Assembly: GCA_030697705.1 (NCBI GenBank)
Contig: JAUYPE010000006.1
Coordinates: forward strand, 4,686 to 68,685
Length of the DNA: 64,000 nucleotides
DNA from: a bacterium
GTDB lineage: Bacteria > Patescibacteriota > Minisyncoccia > Sungbacterales > HO2-52-23
Direction of reading: 5' to 3'
Shown: positions 1 to 8,872 of the stretch, piece by piece
How positions within the stretch are numbered: the stretch's first letter is position 1
How the letters are laid out: each line of letters begins with the position of its first letter
The notes under the pieces: model-generated
What the model saw: only the letters and a program-made list of their open reading frames with translations
What the model was told of the DNA's origin: nothing
Database searches by the model: none
Program-made: the position numbers and the translations under genes

Positions 1-112
1 TTATATGATCATTGAAAGGGTTTTATATTTGCTTTGAGGTTCCAATTTGGCACCTCAAAAATAAAAAACCTTCCCAAGTGGGAAGGCGTGCTGATGCTTT
101 ATGAGTTGTTTT

Positions 113-493
113 TTAATTTTTCTCCGTAGCGGGCGCTTCTTCCAAAGTCGTATCGTCTTCCACTTCTTGGACGGGTTCCGAGTTATTATCCTCCGGGGAA
201 TCAAGACTTTCGTGAAGGCTTACTGTATCATCGCTTTGCACCGGCACTGTCTCATTGTTTATTCCGGTATCTTTCTCACTACCCGAAGAAAGACAGAATT
301 TATTGGTACTTGTAGCAATATAACTCCTGCACTCTTTGTCCGGTGTTGGGCAATCTCTACAGAATATTATTTGCGTCTCCACGCTTGGGAAAGACAGATT
401 TATCCTGTCGGGAGCATTTCCGTACGAAAGAGAGATGGTACCCGAAAAAACTACCACACCTAAAAACACTCGTTTAAGGAACATATCCGCCAC
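113..493 (-). CDS. hypothetical secreted protein (N-terminal signal-peptide-like hydrophobic segment)
   Basis: 126-aa ORF; N-terminus MADMFLKRVFLGVVVFSGTISLSYG looks like a signal peptide; acidic C-terminal tail; no recognisable domain. Confidence 0.35.
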   Translation of the reverse strand: MADMFLKRVFLGVVVFSGTISLSYGNAPDRINLSFPSVETQIIFCRDCPTPDKECRSYIATSTNKFCLSSGSEKDTGINNETVPVQSDDTVSLHESLDSPEDNNSEPVQEVEDDTTLEEAPATEKN

Positions 494-556
494 CTCGTGT
501 TAAGTGTAAATAACTGAAGACCTAAAAGTAATGATAGCAAATATTGAGCCGGAACG

Positions 557-1207
557 CTACTTCTCAAATGTGATGGAGGAAACAATTTGACGCAGTATCT
601 CGACTTGTTTTTCATTGACGGACTTATCGGGAGAAACGGGCGTCATTTCAAAAACTATGCCGGGAAAAGGTGAGTTTGGGATATTCACAAAAGCGGCAAC
701 GCTTTCGCGGGAAAGTACTTGTTCTATCTCCATGTTTCGTATAACAATGGCTTGATCTTTTCCGCTATTCACTGGCCAAAGTTCACCGGGTGTGACTTCT
801 TGATTTCCCCAAATAAATTTTATGGCATATTTTTCTCCCTGTTTTTCATATCCATGTGTATCGGTGATACTTCCGCCCCTTGATGCACTATAGTCTTTTG
901 TAGTACCACCGAAAGAAATCAATTGGTTTGGAGCAAATTCCAATACGCCGGTAAATCTACGCCCCGTTTCGCCACTATGCACTCCCATATCTACCCTCCT
1001 AAAAATGTCTGGATATCGGAAAGAAATGCCAATCTCTTTATTTTGGTATAGTTTCAATTCTCCTGTTTTGTCGTCGATAATTTGCTTGTCTTGTGGTTGT
1101 GGCACAACGTTGTTCGGACCGGCAAGTTTGTCGCTTTTAGACAGGCTCCATACCACTAAGCCACCAATGATGGTGAGTAATACAATAACCAATATCTTAT
1201 TTTTCAT
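557..1207 (-). CDS. hypothetical membrane-anchored protein
   Basis: 216-aa ORF with N-terminal TM helix (ILVIVLLTIIGGLVVW); lies downstream of the M23 peptidase on the same strand. Confidence 0.5.
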   Translation of the reverse strand: MKNKILVIVLLTIIGGLVVWSLSKSDKLAGPNNVVPQPQDKQIIDDKTGELKLYQNKEIGISFRYPDIFRRVDMGVHSGETGRRFTGVLEFAPNQLISFGGTTKDYSASRGGSITDTHGYEKQGEKYAIKFIWGNQEVTPGELWPVNSGKDQAIVIRNMEIEQVLSRESVAAFVNIPNSPFPGIVFEMTPVSPDKSVNEKQVEILRQIVSSITFEK

Positions 1208-1295
1208 AGTAACGCCATTATACCGACAAATCTCAAAAACACAAGAAAAAGGGAAGGTGCGAACACCCTCCCCGGCTCTCTTCTTTCTGCCACAT

Positions 1296-2435
1296 CTACG
1301 GCAGGAAATACATCTGTGAAATAAAGTACTCTTCCGGGCCTGGACTTGCCATGCATCCTTGCGACGGCTTGACGATTAGATCGGTAACGATGCCGTTCCA
1401 ATAGGGCAATCCTAACATGCCAAGAACATATGTCCGCGCGGAATCGTAATTGAACGACCCGGCATGCCATACATCATCAGGTCCGCGGTAGTAGATCACT
1501 ACCGGATTGGCAATACATTTGAAGTTGAGCCGCAATACTAGACGCTTAAAGACGCTTGCGTCCAGCGTGATCTCACGGCTGCATGGCTTTCCATCGCTAT
1601 AGCCGCAGGTCGCTTCCGTAAAGAAACTGCTTCTCCCGACATACGCATAGACTGAACTGCCGTCTACCCACAAGTCGCTATTGGCGGTGCCGAATGCGGT
1701 TACATTTGCCGCACCCCAGAGTTCCTTGTTGCCGTTTTCAGCAAACGTGAAATTGTACGCATAGCCGAGAACAAACGGAAGCGGATTGTGTATCTTTGCC
1801 GTAACCTCAAAATCGGTATCAGCGGTATCAACTCTTCCCGTTGGGAACCACGGATATGGTCCACCATGCTGACGATCCACTTGGAAGTGCAGGTGTGATC
1901 CCGTACTAACTCCATGACACGCATCAGAAGTCGCGTCCCCAGACTCACCGAGAGTTTGACCTTGAGTGATTGTCGCTCCCTGAGTTACAGAAACAGCACG
2001 AAGATGGACATAACTGACATAAGCTTTCTCGCCTGCTTTGTACGGGTTGTTGACTTCTAAAACTACGAGTCCGCCCCATGATGAACTACTGCATTGATCA
2101 TTACCAATTACACGAACAGCAGTTCCCGACATGGCTGCAACGACTGGCGTGCCGCTTTCAACATCAATATCTACACCGGGATGCTTTCCGCATCGCTCTC
2201 CGGCACAGCCAGCTACACGGTTGTAATTGTCGCGATATAACGCCGTGAACATCTGACGTCCCACTGTGCTATCGCAATTTATGGAATGGCTATCACAGTT
2301 GCCACCAGTGCTGGGCGTGCCGTAGTAAGTACCATTGTAATCTGGCATCCCTACTATCGGATTTGTGCCTGCATACGCAGAACCAACAAAACTACCGACC
2401 AAAACGGCAACAAGAAAAAAAGCTTTTACATTCAC
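1296..2435 (-). CDS. M23-family (LytM-like) metallopeptidase with signal peptide
   Basis: 379 aa; signal peptide MNVKAFFLVAVLVGSFVGSAYA; M23 motifs HPGVDIDV...SGTAV and GSHLHFQV (HxH). Confidence 0.75.
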   Translation of the reverse strand: MNVKAFFLVAVLVGSFVGSAYAGTNPIVGMPDYNGTYYGTPSTGGNCDSHSINCDSTVGRQMFTALYRDNYNRVAGCAGERCGKHPGVDIDVESGTPVVAAMSGTAVRVIGNDQCSSSSWGGLVVLEVNNPYKAGEKAYVSYVHLRAVSVTQGATITQGQTLGESGDATSDACHGVSTGSHLHFQVDRQHGGPYPWFPTGRVDTADTDFEVTAKIHNPLPFVLGYAYNFTFAENGNKELWGAANVTAFGTANSDLWVDGSSVYAYVGRSSFFTEATCGYSDGKPCSREITLDASVFKRLVLRLNFKCIANPVVIYYRGPDDVWHAGSFNYDSARTYVLGMLGLPYWNGIVTDLIVKPSQGCMASPGPEEYFISQMYFLP

Positions 2436-2586
2436 TCTCTATCTCCCTTATTTGAGGGTGTCAAAGGACGATGTAGGGCAAAACCATTTGCCCCTATTTC
2501 TTGAAATAATAGCGGATCATTGGTTTTTTATCAATATATTTTTCTTTTTTCTTGATTTTTAGCCAAAAAACAGTACGATAGAGCGT

Positions 2587-5500
2587 ATGACCGATAAGGA
2601 GAAAAAAGCGACGATTCCGGAGCGGGAGGAGGCCATTTTGAAGTTCTGGGAGGAGCGGGAGATCTTCCGGAAGTCGGTGGAAAAGAACAAGAAAGGAAAA
2701 GAATTTGTTTTTTACGAAGGGCCGCCAACGGCAAACGGTCTGCCCGGCATCCATCATGTGGAGGCGCGGGCGTTTAAGGATATTATTCCGCGTTATAAAA
2801 CGATGCGGGGATTTTTCGTCCCGCGCCGTGCCGGATGGGATACGCACGGCCTGCCGGTTGAGCTACAGGTGGAAAAAGAGCTTGGCTTAAAAAATAAGCA
2901 GGATATTGAAAAATACGGTATTGGTGCGTTTAACGCCAAGGCGAAAGAATCCGTCTGGCGCTATAAAGAGGAGTGGGAAAAACTGACGAAGCGGATGGGA
3001 TTCTGGATTGATATGGACAATCCCTACATCACGTACAGCGCTCCCTATATGGAGAGTTCGTGGTGGATTATCCAGCAATTCTGGAAAAAGGGTTTACTGG
3101 AGGAGGACTTTAAGGTCGTTCCATGGTGCACGCGATGCGCTACCGGCTTGTCATCTCATGAATTGGCGCAGGGGTATAAAAAAACGACTGACACGGCCGT
3201 GTATGTGAAGTTTAAACTGGAACCCAATCAAAAGATCGGTGATTTTATGACGGATGACAAGACCTATATTCTGGCGTGGACGACAACGCCATGGACATTG
3301 CCGGGGAATGTGGGGTTAGCGGTGAATCCGAAGCTTGAGTATGTAAAGATAAAATGGGCGAGATCCTTCTATAAGACCCAAGAAGGACAGGAATTGCCGA
3401 TGCATCTAGACGAATATTATGTCATCGCAAAAGATATCTTTCTAAAAGTTGCAGAAAAACATCCAGGCGAAACAAATCGCTATGGCTGGCGGGGTCAGAC
3501 ATATGATATTATTGAAACTTTTACTGGGGAAAAGATTGTAGGGCAAAGATACAAGTCACTCTTCCATGTTAGCGAACTCAAAACAGAAACGGCATACAGG
3601 ATATATTCAGCTGATTTTGTTTCAGCGAGTGAGGGTACCGGTGTGGTGCATACTGCGGTGATGTACGGAGAGGATGACTATGTGTTGGGAAAAAAAGTGG
3701 GATTGCCAACATTTCATACTGTTGACGAGGCGGGAAGATTTGTTGGTTCACTTACAGACGGACTTGCGGGATTGTATGTAAAAGATTCCAGAACGGAAGA
3801 AAAAATTCTTGAAATTTTAAAAAGTAAAAACCTTCTCTTTGCGCAGGAAAAGTACGAGCACGACTATCCGTTCTGCTGGAGGTGCGGGACGCCATTGCTC
3901 TACTACGCGCGGAAGGGATGGTGGGTGAAGACGACGAAGGTGAAGAAAGAACTTATCGCGAATAACGAAACAATCAACTGGGTGCCGGAGCATATTAAGC
4001 ACGGGCGGTTTGGCGAATTTTTGCGTGAGGTGAGGGATTGGGCATTTTCGCGCGAGCGGTATTGGGGAACACCCTTGCCTATTTGGAAGTGCCAAAGTGA
4101 AAAATGCGATCATGTTGAGGTTATAGGTTCGCGCACTGAAATGGCCGAACACGGGAAAAAACTTTATAACGAATATTTCGTCATGCGCCATGGCGAGGCG
4201 ATGACGAATAGCAGAGGGATTATCTCATCGGAGGAGAATAAATACCCGCTCACCGCGAAAGGTCGCGCGCAAGTACAACGCGCGGCGGCACGGCTGAAAA
4301 AACAAGGCATTGATATTGTTATCGCCTCGCCGATTTTGCGTACGCGCGAGAGTGCGAAGATAATCGCAAAGATATTGGCTCTACCCGATGAGAATGTGCA
4401 TTTTGATGCGCGATTAAAGGAGATTGCGCTAGGGTCGTATGAAGGCAAAAAGGAGGGAGAGTATCATCGCGCGTTTAAAAATATACGGGAAAAACTTACC
4501 ACCGCGCTCCCAGGCGGCGAATCGCTTGACGAGGTGCGCCGGAGAATGATGGCGGCGCTTATTGATGCGGAGAAAAAGCATGGGGGTAAAAAAATCCTTT
4601 TCGTGAGCCACGACTATCCGTTGTGGATGCTCATGCGCGGAGCGGAGGGGTACTCGGGCGAGGAGGCGATTGCTCTTCGCGAAAATAACGGAAAAGAAAT
4701 GATGCATTGCGGCTATGCCGAGGTCTACGGGCTCACGCATGCCGACCTGCCGCGTGACGAAAAAGGCGAGGTGAATCTTCACCGACCGTATGTTGATGAT
4801 TTTGTTTTTCCGTGCGTAACATGCGGTGGCATGATGCGGCGTACGCCCGAAGTTGCCGATGGGTGGTTTGACTCGGGTGTTATGCCGTTTGCGCAGAGCC
4901 ACTATCCGTTTAGCTCTGTCCGTCATCCTGAACCCTTCGGACACCCTCAGGATAAACTCCGTGAAGGATCCCGTAAGTTAACGGAATTCCTCGCCCCGAC
5001 GATCGGGACTCGGAATGACGAGGGTGGAGGTTTGGCTTTCCCCGCCGACTATATTTGTGAGGGAGTTGACCAGACGCGCGGATGGTTCTATACGCTTCTT
5101 GCTGTCGCAACACTCCTTGGAAAAAAAGCACCATACAAAAATGTCATTTCGCTCGGGCATGTGCTGGATAAAAACGGACAGAAGATGTCCAAGTCAAAAG
5201 GCAACACGGTAAACGCGTTGGAGATTATTGAGAAGTACGGCATTGATGCCCTGCGCTGGTATTTCTACACGATCAATCCGCCCGGCGAGCCCAAAAAGTT
5301 TGACGAACGGGATGTGGCGAATAGATATCGTGGATTCATTCAGACGCTCTGGAACAGTTTTGTTTTGTTTGACACCTATGTCACTTCGGTTCCCGCAAGA
5401 ATTCCATCAACCATAAAACTTTCTATGCTTGATCGCTGGATTCTGGCGCGGATGGATGAGGTGACAGCGGAGGTGACGCGTGCGCTGGATAGATACGATA

Positions 5501-6282
5501 TTATGGCTGCGGGGCGGGCGCTGGAGGAGTTTTGTATCAACGACTTCTCGCAGTGGTTCTTGCGCCGCTCGCGCCGTCGGTTCCAGCATCCGGCGAGTAA
5601 AAATGAGTATGCTGGCGTTACCGTGGTTACAGGCGCCGTGCTGATGCGCTTAGCTTTTTTAACAGCACCGTTCACGCCGTTTTTGAGCGAGATGATTTTT
5701 CAGGAGTTAAAGAAAAAAATGAAACTTAAAGAGGAAAGCGTGCATCTGGCGGCGTGGCCCGCAGCGCCGAAGAAAATAAGTGCGGCGGACAAAAAACTGA
5801 TATTAGATATGCAGGTAGTTCGTGCGATCTGCTCTGAGGCTCTAAAATTGCGTGCTGAGGTGGGGATGAAGGTGCGCCAACCGTTGAGCAAATTACAAAT
5901 TACGAATGCTGAATTACAAAAAAAGACGGAGCTTCTGGCATTAATTCAAGATGAGGTAAACATAAAAAATATTTCATTTGGGAAAGAAATGTTTCTTGAT
6001 ACGGTACTGACGGTAGAACTTCGTGAAGAGGGGATGGTGCGCGAAGTCATCCGCAATATCCAAGAGATGCGGCGCGATCTGGGACTCACGCCGAGCCACA
6101 AAATCCGCGCGCAATTTTCCGCTACATCAAATGCGCTGGATGAAGTGCTTGGCCGATGGCAAAAAACAATCATGCGCGATGCGGGCGTAAAGGCGTTTAT
6201 TATTGCAGGCAAACGGGTGTTTGCTGCCGAGCGGGAATTAAAATTTGACGATGCGATGCTGTGGTTAGGGATTAAGAAGTAA
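2587..6282 (+). CDS. ileS: isoleucyl-tRNA synthetase (type 2 / eukaryote-like) carrying an inserted histidine-phosphatase domain
   Basis: HIGH-type motif PPTANGLPGIHHV; GWDTHGLPVE; KMSKSKGN; WFDSGVMPF; 1231 aa, unusually long because of an insertion of about 190 aa with RHGE...SHD phosphoglycerate-mutase-family motifs between the ...VIGS and LHRPYVDD segments. Confidence 0.9.
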   Translation: MTDKEKKATIPEREEAILKFWEEREIFRKSVEKNKKGKEFVFYEGPPTANGLPGIHHVEARAFKDIIPRYKTMRGFFVPRRAGWDTHGLPVELQVEKELGLKNKQDIEKYGIGAFNAKAKESVWRYKEEWEKLTKRMGFWIDMDNPYITYSAPYMESSWWIIQQFWKKGLLEEDFKVVPWCTRCATGLSSHELAQGYKKTTDTAVYVKFKLEPNQKIGDFMTDDKTYILAWTTTPWTLPGNVGLAVNPKLEYVKIKWARSFYKTQEGQELPMHLDEYYVIAKDIFLKVAEKHPGETNRYGWRGQTYDIIETFTGEKIVGQRYKSLFHVSELKTETAYRIYSADFVSASEGTGVVHTAVMYGEDDYVLGKKVGLPTFHTVDEAGRFVGSLTDGLAGLYVKDSRTEEKILEILKSKNLLFAQEKYEHDYPFCWRCGTPLLYYARKGWWVKTTKVKKELIANNETINWVPEHIKHGRFGEFLREVRDWAFSRERYWGTPLPIWKCQSEKCDHVEVIGSRTEMAEHGKKLYNEYFVMRHGEAMTNSRGIISSEENKYPLTAKGRAQVQRAAARLKKQGIDIVIASPILRTRESAKIIAKILALPDENVHFDARLKEIALGSYEGKKEGEYHRAFKNIREKLTTALPGGESLDEVRRRMMAALIDAEKKHGGKKILFVSHDYPLWMLMRGAEGYSGEEAIALRENNGKEMMHCGYAEVYGLTHADLPRDEKGEVNLHRPYVDDFVFPCVTCGGMMRRTPEVADGWFDSGVMPFAQSHYPFSSVRHPEPFGHPQDKLREGSRKLTEFLAPTIGTRNDEGGGLAFPADYICEGVDQTRGWFYTLLAVATLLGKKAPYKNVISLGHVLDKNGQKMSKSKGNTVNALEIIEKYGIDALRWYFYTINPPGEPKKFDERDVANRYRGFIQTLWNSFVLFDTYVTSVPARIPSTIKLSMLDRWILARMDEVTAEVTRALDRYDIMAAGRALEEFCINDFSQWFLRRSRRRFQHPASKNEYAGVTVVTGAVLMRLAFLTAPFTPFLSEMIFQELKKKMKLKEESVHLAAWPAAPKKISAADKKLILDMQVVRAICSEALKLRAEVGMKVRQPLSKLQITNAELQKKTELLALIQDEVNIKNISFGKEMFLDTVLTVELREEGMVREVIRNIQEMRRDLGLTPSHKIRAQFSATSNALDEVLGRWQKTIMRDAGVKAFIIAGKRVFAAERELKFDDAMLWLGIKK
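4150..4770 (+). other. in-frame histidine phosphatase (PGAM/CobC-like) domain inserted in ileS
   Basis: YFVMRHGEAMTNSRG...PLTAKG...ASPILRTRESA...LPGGESLDEV...ILFVSHDYPL: RHG catalytic motif, second His in SHD, GGES region; matches the histidine phosphatase superfamily layout. Confidence 0.7.
4918..5022. repeat. palindromic MITE-like repeat, copy A (in-frame inside ileS)
   Basis: gtccgtcatcctgaac...gaaggatcccgtaagttaacggaattcctcg...ctcggaatgacg; shares termini and core with copies at 10559, 18995, 48428, 51198, 54079, 57143; 105 nt = 35 codons, translated as SVRHPEPFGHPQDKLREGSRKLTEFLAPTIGTRNDEG between the conserved HYPF and FPADYI segments. Confidence 0.7.
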
Positions 6283-6288
6283 GAACTC

Positions 6289-6813
6289 ATGCACACCACC
6301 GAAGGTATTATTCTGTCCAAAACGCCGAGCGGGGAGGCGGATGAGCTGGTCACGATGTACACGTGTGCGTACGGCAAGGTGCGTGCGCTCGTGCAGGGCG
6401 TAAAAAAAGAAGAGGCGAAACTGCGCGGGCATCTTGAGGTTTTGTCTCTCTGCACTATAGGTTTGGTGGCGGGTAAAAACGGCGAACGGCTCGTCTACGC
6501 GGAGCTGAAAAACTTCTGGTCGCGCATTCGTACCCATGCAGGCAAGCATTATGCGGCGCATTATATGGTACGGCGCATGGACAATGCGTGCTTTCCCGGC
6601 GAGCGCGACGAGCGGATGTGGACGCTTCTTACGGCGGCATTCATTATTCTTGAGGAGCAGGATTTTACCACACGCGAATTGCAGGATTTTTTGCTCGGTT
6701 TTGAAAAACAGCTTGTGGCGCATTTGGGCTACGGTGACGCGGGAATCGGCTCCACACTCGGTCCGCTCGTGGCGCAGGGAACATTGGCGCGGTATACTGG
6801 AAGCGGTGCTTAG
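6289..6813 (+). CDS. recO: DNA repair protein RecO (short form)
   Basis: N-terminal OB-fold pattern EGIILSKTPSGEADELVTMYTCAYGKVRALVQGVKK typical of RecO; 174 aa (shorter than canonical). Confidence 0.55.
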   Translation: MHTTEGIILSKTPSGEADELVTMYTCAYGKVRALVQGVKKEEAKLRGHLEVLSLCTIGLVAGKNGERLVYAELKNFWSRIRTHAGKHYAAHYMVRRMDNACFPGERDERMWTLLTAAFIILEEQDFTTRELQDFLLGFEKQLVAHLGYGDAGIGSTLGPLVAQGTLARYTGSGA

Positions 6814-6835
6814 TAGGAAGAAAAGAAACCATTTC

Positions 6836-8779
6836 ATGGGTAAAATAGAGGATTTACAACAAGAGCTCTACGCCAAAGAAGGAGACGAGGTGGTTGCCAA
6901 ACGCATGCATCGCCGCGTTTTTTTCCCTGAGCGCATGCGGTCTCCCGAGGCGCATTGGTCCGAGGACGAGGATGTGCGCGCGCCGACAAAAAAAAATAAG
7001 AGTCTCGGGGCGGGTCAACTTATCCTCATCGGACTGGGAGTCTTTCTGTTGATCGGTGCCGTCGTGGCAGCCATTTTTTATTTCATACCGCGCGGTGTGG
7101 GAGTTGAAATAACCATTCGCGACAACGGGCCGGTGGAGTCGGGAGAAGTAGTGACGATCCCCATCTCCATTCGCAATACGTCAAGTGTCGCACTGGAAAA
7201 TGCCGATCTTTCGGTGGTGGTGCCGCCGAGCGCATTAGTCAAGGAAAACGGTTTGGAAATTTCCGCCCCGCCCCGCATCTTACGTCACATCGGCACGATT
7301 CGGGCGGGCGAGGAGGTCGTGGTTGATATTACCGTGCGGTTGTTCGGTGCCGAGGGCGATGAAGAGACGATTGAGGTGGATGTGCTCTATCAACCCGAGA
7401 ACTTAAAGGCACGTTTTTCGGCAAAGCAGAAAAAAAAGTTTATCATCGGGCGCGTGCCGATCGCAATCTTTCTTGAATTTCCCGATACGCTTGCCAAAGG
7501 TCAGGAGACGGAAATTATAGTGCGCTACAGCTCGCAGGCGCGGGACACCTTTCCTGCAATGGCGGTTATGGTTGATTATCCTCCGGGCTTCACATTTCTC
7601 TCCGCCGAGCCTGCGCCTCTTGTCGAGAGTCGTATTTGGGATGTCGGGCGGGTAGATCCGGGCAAGGAGGGTGTGATCAAAATTCATGGTACCGTTTCTG
7701 GCAACGACGCGGAGACGAAGGCGTTTGGAGCGCATATCGGTACCTACAATATAGTGACGAAAGAATGGAAACAATACGCGCAGGTTGCTCGCGAGGCGCA
7801 CATCGCCGTCACGCCTCTTGCGGTGCATAGTGCACTTACCCAGGTGCACGAAGGATCTATCAAGCCGGGTGATCCGCTTTCGTTTGCGGTAAGTTATCAA
7901 AATAATACGCCATTTGCCCTTAAAAATATCTCACTGCAGGTTGAGGTGAACGAGGTAGCGTCCTTGGCAACTGGCGTTACTCTTGCTGGCGGGGAACCTA
8001 GTGTTCTTATCCCGATAAGTTTGCAAATCGGCGACGGCGGCGTGGTGGACGGGACGACGCATCTTGTGCGATGGACGCCGGCAGGAACGGACGCGCTCCG
8101 CGAGTTGGCATCCGAAGCATCGGGTGTTGTCCATTTTTCTGTGAATACTCGCGCTCGTCCGGCGGTGCGGAGCGATCGGGATCAAAATATCTCCGTTCGC
8201 GTCCGGGCAAAAATTACCGCTGCCGGCGTGCCGCAAGAGCTTGCCGGAACGGATCTTGATTCTGAAGAAACGACTGATTTTAAAGTCCGCTCGCTCCTGC
8301 TTACCGCAGGACAGAGCCGTTGGGGCGCCGCGCCGTTCGTAAATACCGGACCGCTTCCGCCGCGCGTGGGGCACAAGACCACCTATGCGGTTTTGTGGGA
8401 GATACGAAATTTCACTAACGATCTTCAAGAGGTGATGGTAGAAGGTACGCTCCCGCCCAATGTGCGGTGGGAGAATACGACGGCGCCCTCAAGCGCGCGC
8501 GTCAGCTATGACGGCGCATCGGGTCTGGTGCGCTGGAGTCCGGGAATTATTCCTGCCGGTACGGGTATTCTCAATCCCGCGCTGTCCCTCGCGTTCCAAG
8601 TGTCTGTTACGCCGGCGGATATTGAAGTAGGAAGGGTCTTGGATCTGGTAAAAAATATTCGCGTGCGGGGCAAAGATGCCTTTACCGGCGATGCGGTTGA
8701 ATCAGTAATACAAACAGTTACGACGAGCGTGGTTGATGTGCAAACAACGGGAGTGCGACTAGACACGGTGGCGCCGTAG
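6836..8779 (+). CDS. large membrane-anchored protein with repetitive beta-rich extracytoplasmic region (function unknown)
   Basis: ATG at 6836 (MGKIEDLQQ) chosen to avoid overlap with recO; TM helix LILIGLGVFLLIGAVVAAIFYFI; about 570 aa of V/T/G-rich repeats. Confidence 0.55.
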   Translation: MGKIEDLQQELYAKEGDEVVAKRMHRRVFFPERMRSPEAHWSEDEDVRAPTKKNKSLGAGQLILIGLGVFLLIGAVVAAIFYFIPRGVGVEITIRDNGPVESGEVVTIPISIRNTSSVALENADLSVVVPPSALVKENGLEISAPPRILRHIGTIRAGEEVVVDITVRLFGAEGDEETIEVDVLYQPENLKARFSAKQKKKFIIGRVPIAIFLEFPDTLAKGQETEIIVRYSSQARDTFPAMAVMVDYPPGFTFLSAEPAPLVESRIWDVGRVDPGKEGVIKIHGTVSGNDAETKAFGAHIGTYNIVTKEWKQYAQVAREAHIAVTPLAVHSALTQVHEGSIKPGDPLSFAVSYQNNTPFALKNISLQVEVNEVASLATGVTLAGGEPSVLIPISLQIGDGGVVDGTTHLVRWTPAGTDALRELASEASGVVHFSVNTRARPAVRSDRDQNISVRVRAKITAAGVPQELAGTDLDSEETTDFKVRSLLLTAGQSRWGAAPFVNTGPLPPRVGHKTTYAVLWEIRNFTNDLQEVMVEGTLPPNVRWENTTAPSSARVSYDGASGLVRWSPGIIPAGTGILNPALSLAFQVSVTPADIEVGRVLDLVKNIRVRGKDAFTGDAVESVIQTVTTSVVDVQTTGVRLDTVAP

Positions 8780-8872
8780 TGTGCTTGTGGTCGGCGGGGC
8801 GCGCGTGGTAGGGTGTCCATGGCGTTATTCTTCCCTATCTTGTAAATTTTTTTGTGTATGACCGATAATCGC

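Noticed and set aside
101-463. 120-aa + strand ORF overlapping the 126-aa minus-strand ORF
   Set aside because: The minus-strand frame has a signal-peptide-like N-terminus and an acidic tail. The + frame is F/R/I-rich. Only the minus ORF was kept, at low confidence.
4150-4770. Intein in ileS
   Set aside because: No Cys/Ser at the N-terminal junction and no HN plus Cys/Ser/Thr at the C-terminal junction. The insert instead has a complete histidine phosphatase fold signature.
6536-6835. N-terminal 100 codons of the 747-aa ORF overlapping recO
   Set aside because: It overlaps recO in another frame with a Cys/Arg/Trp-rich composition. The downstream ATG at 6836 precedes the TM helix and avoids the overlap.
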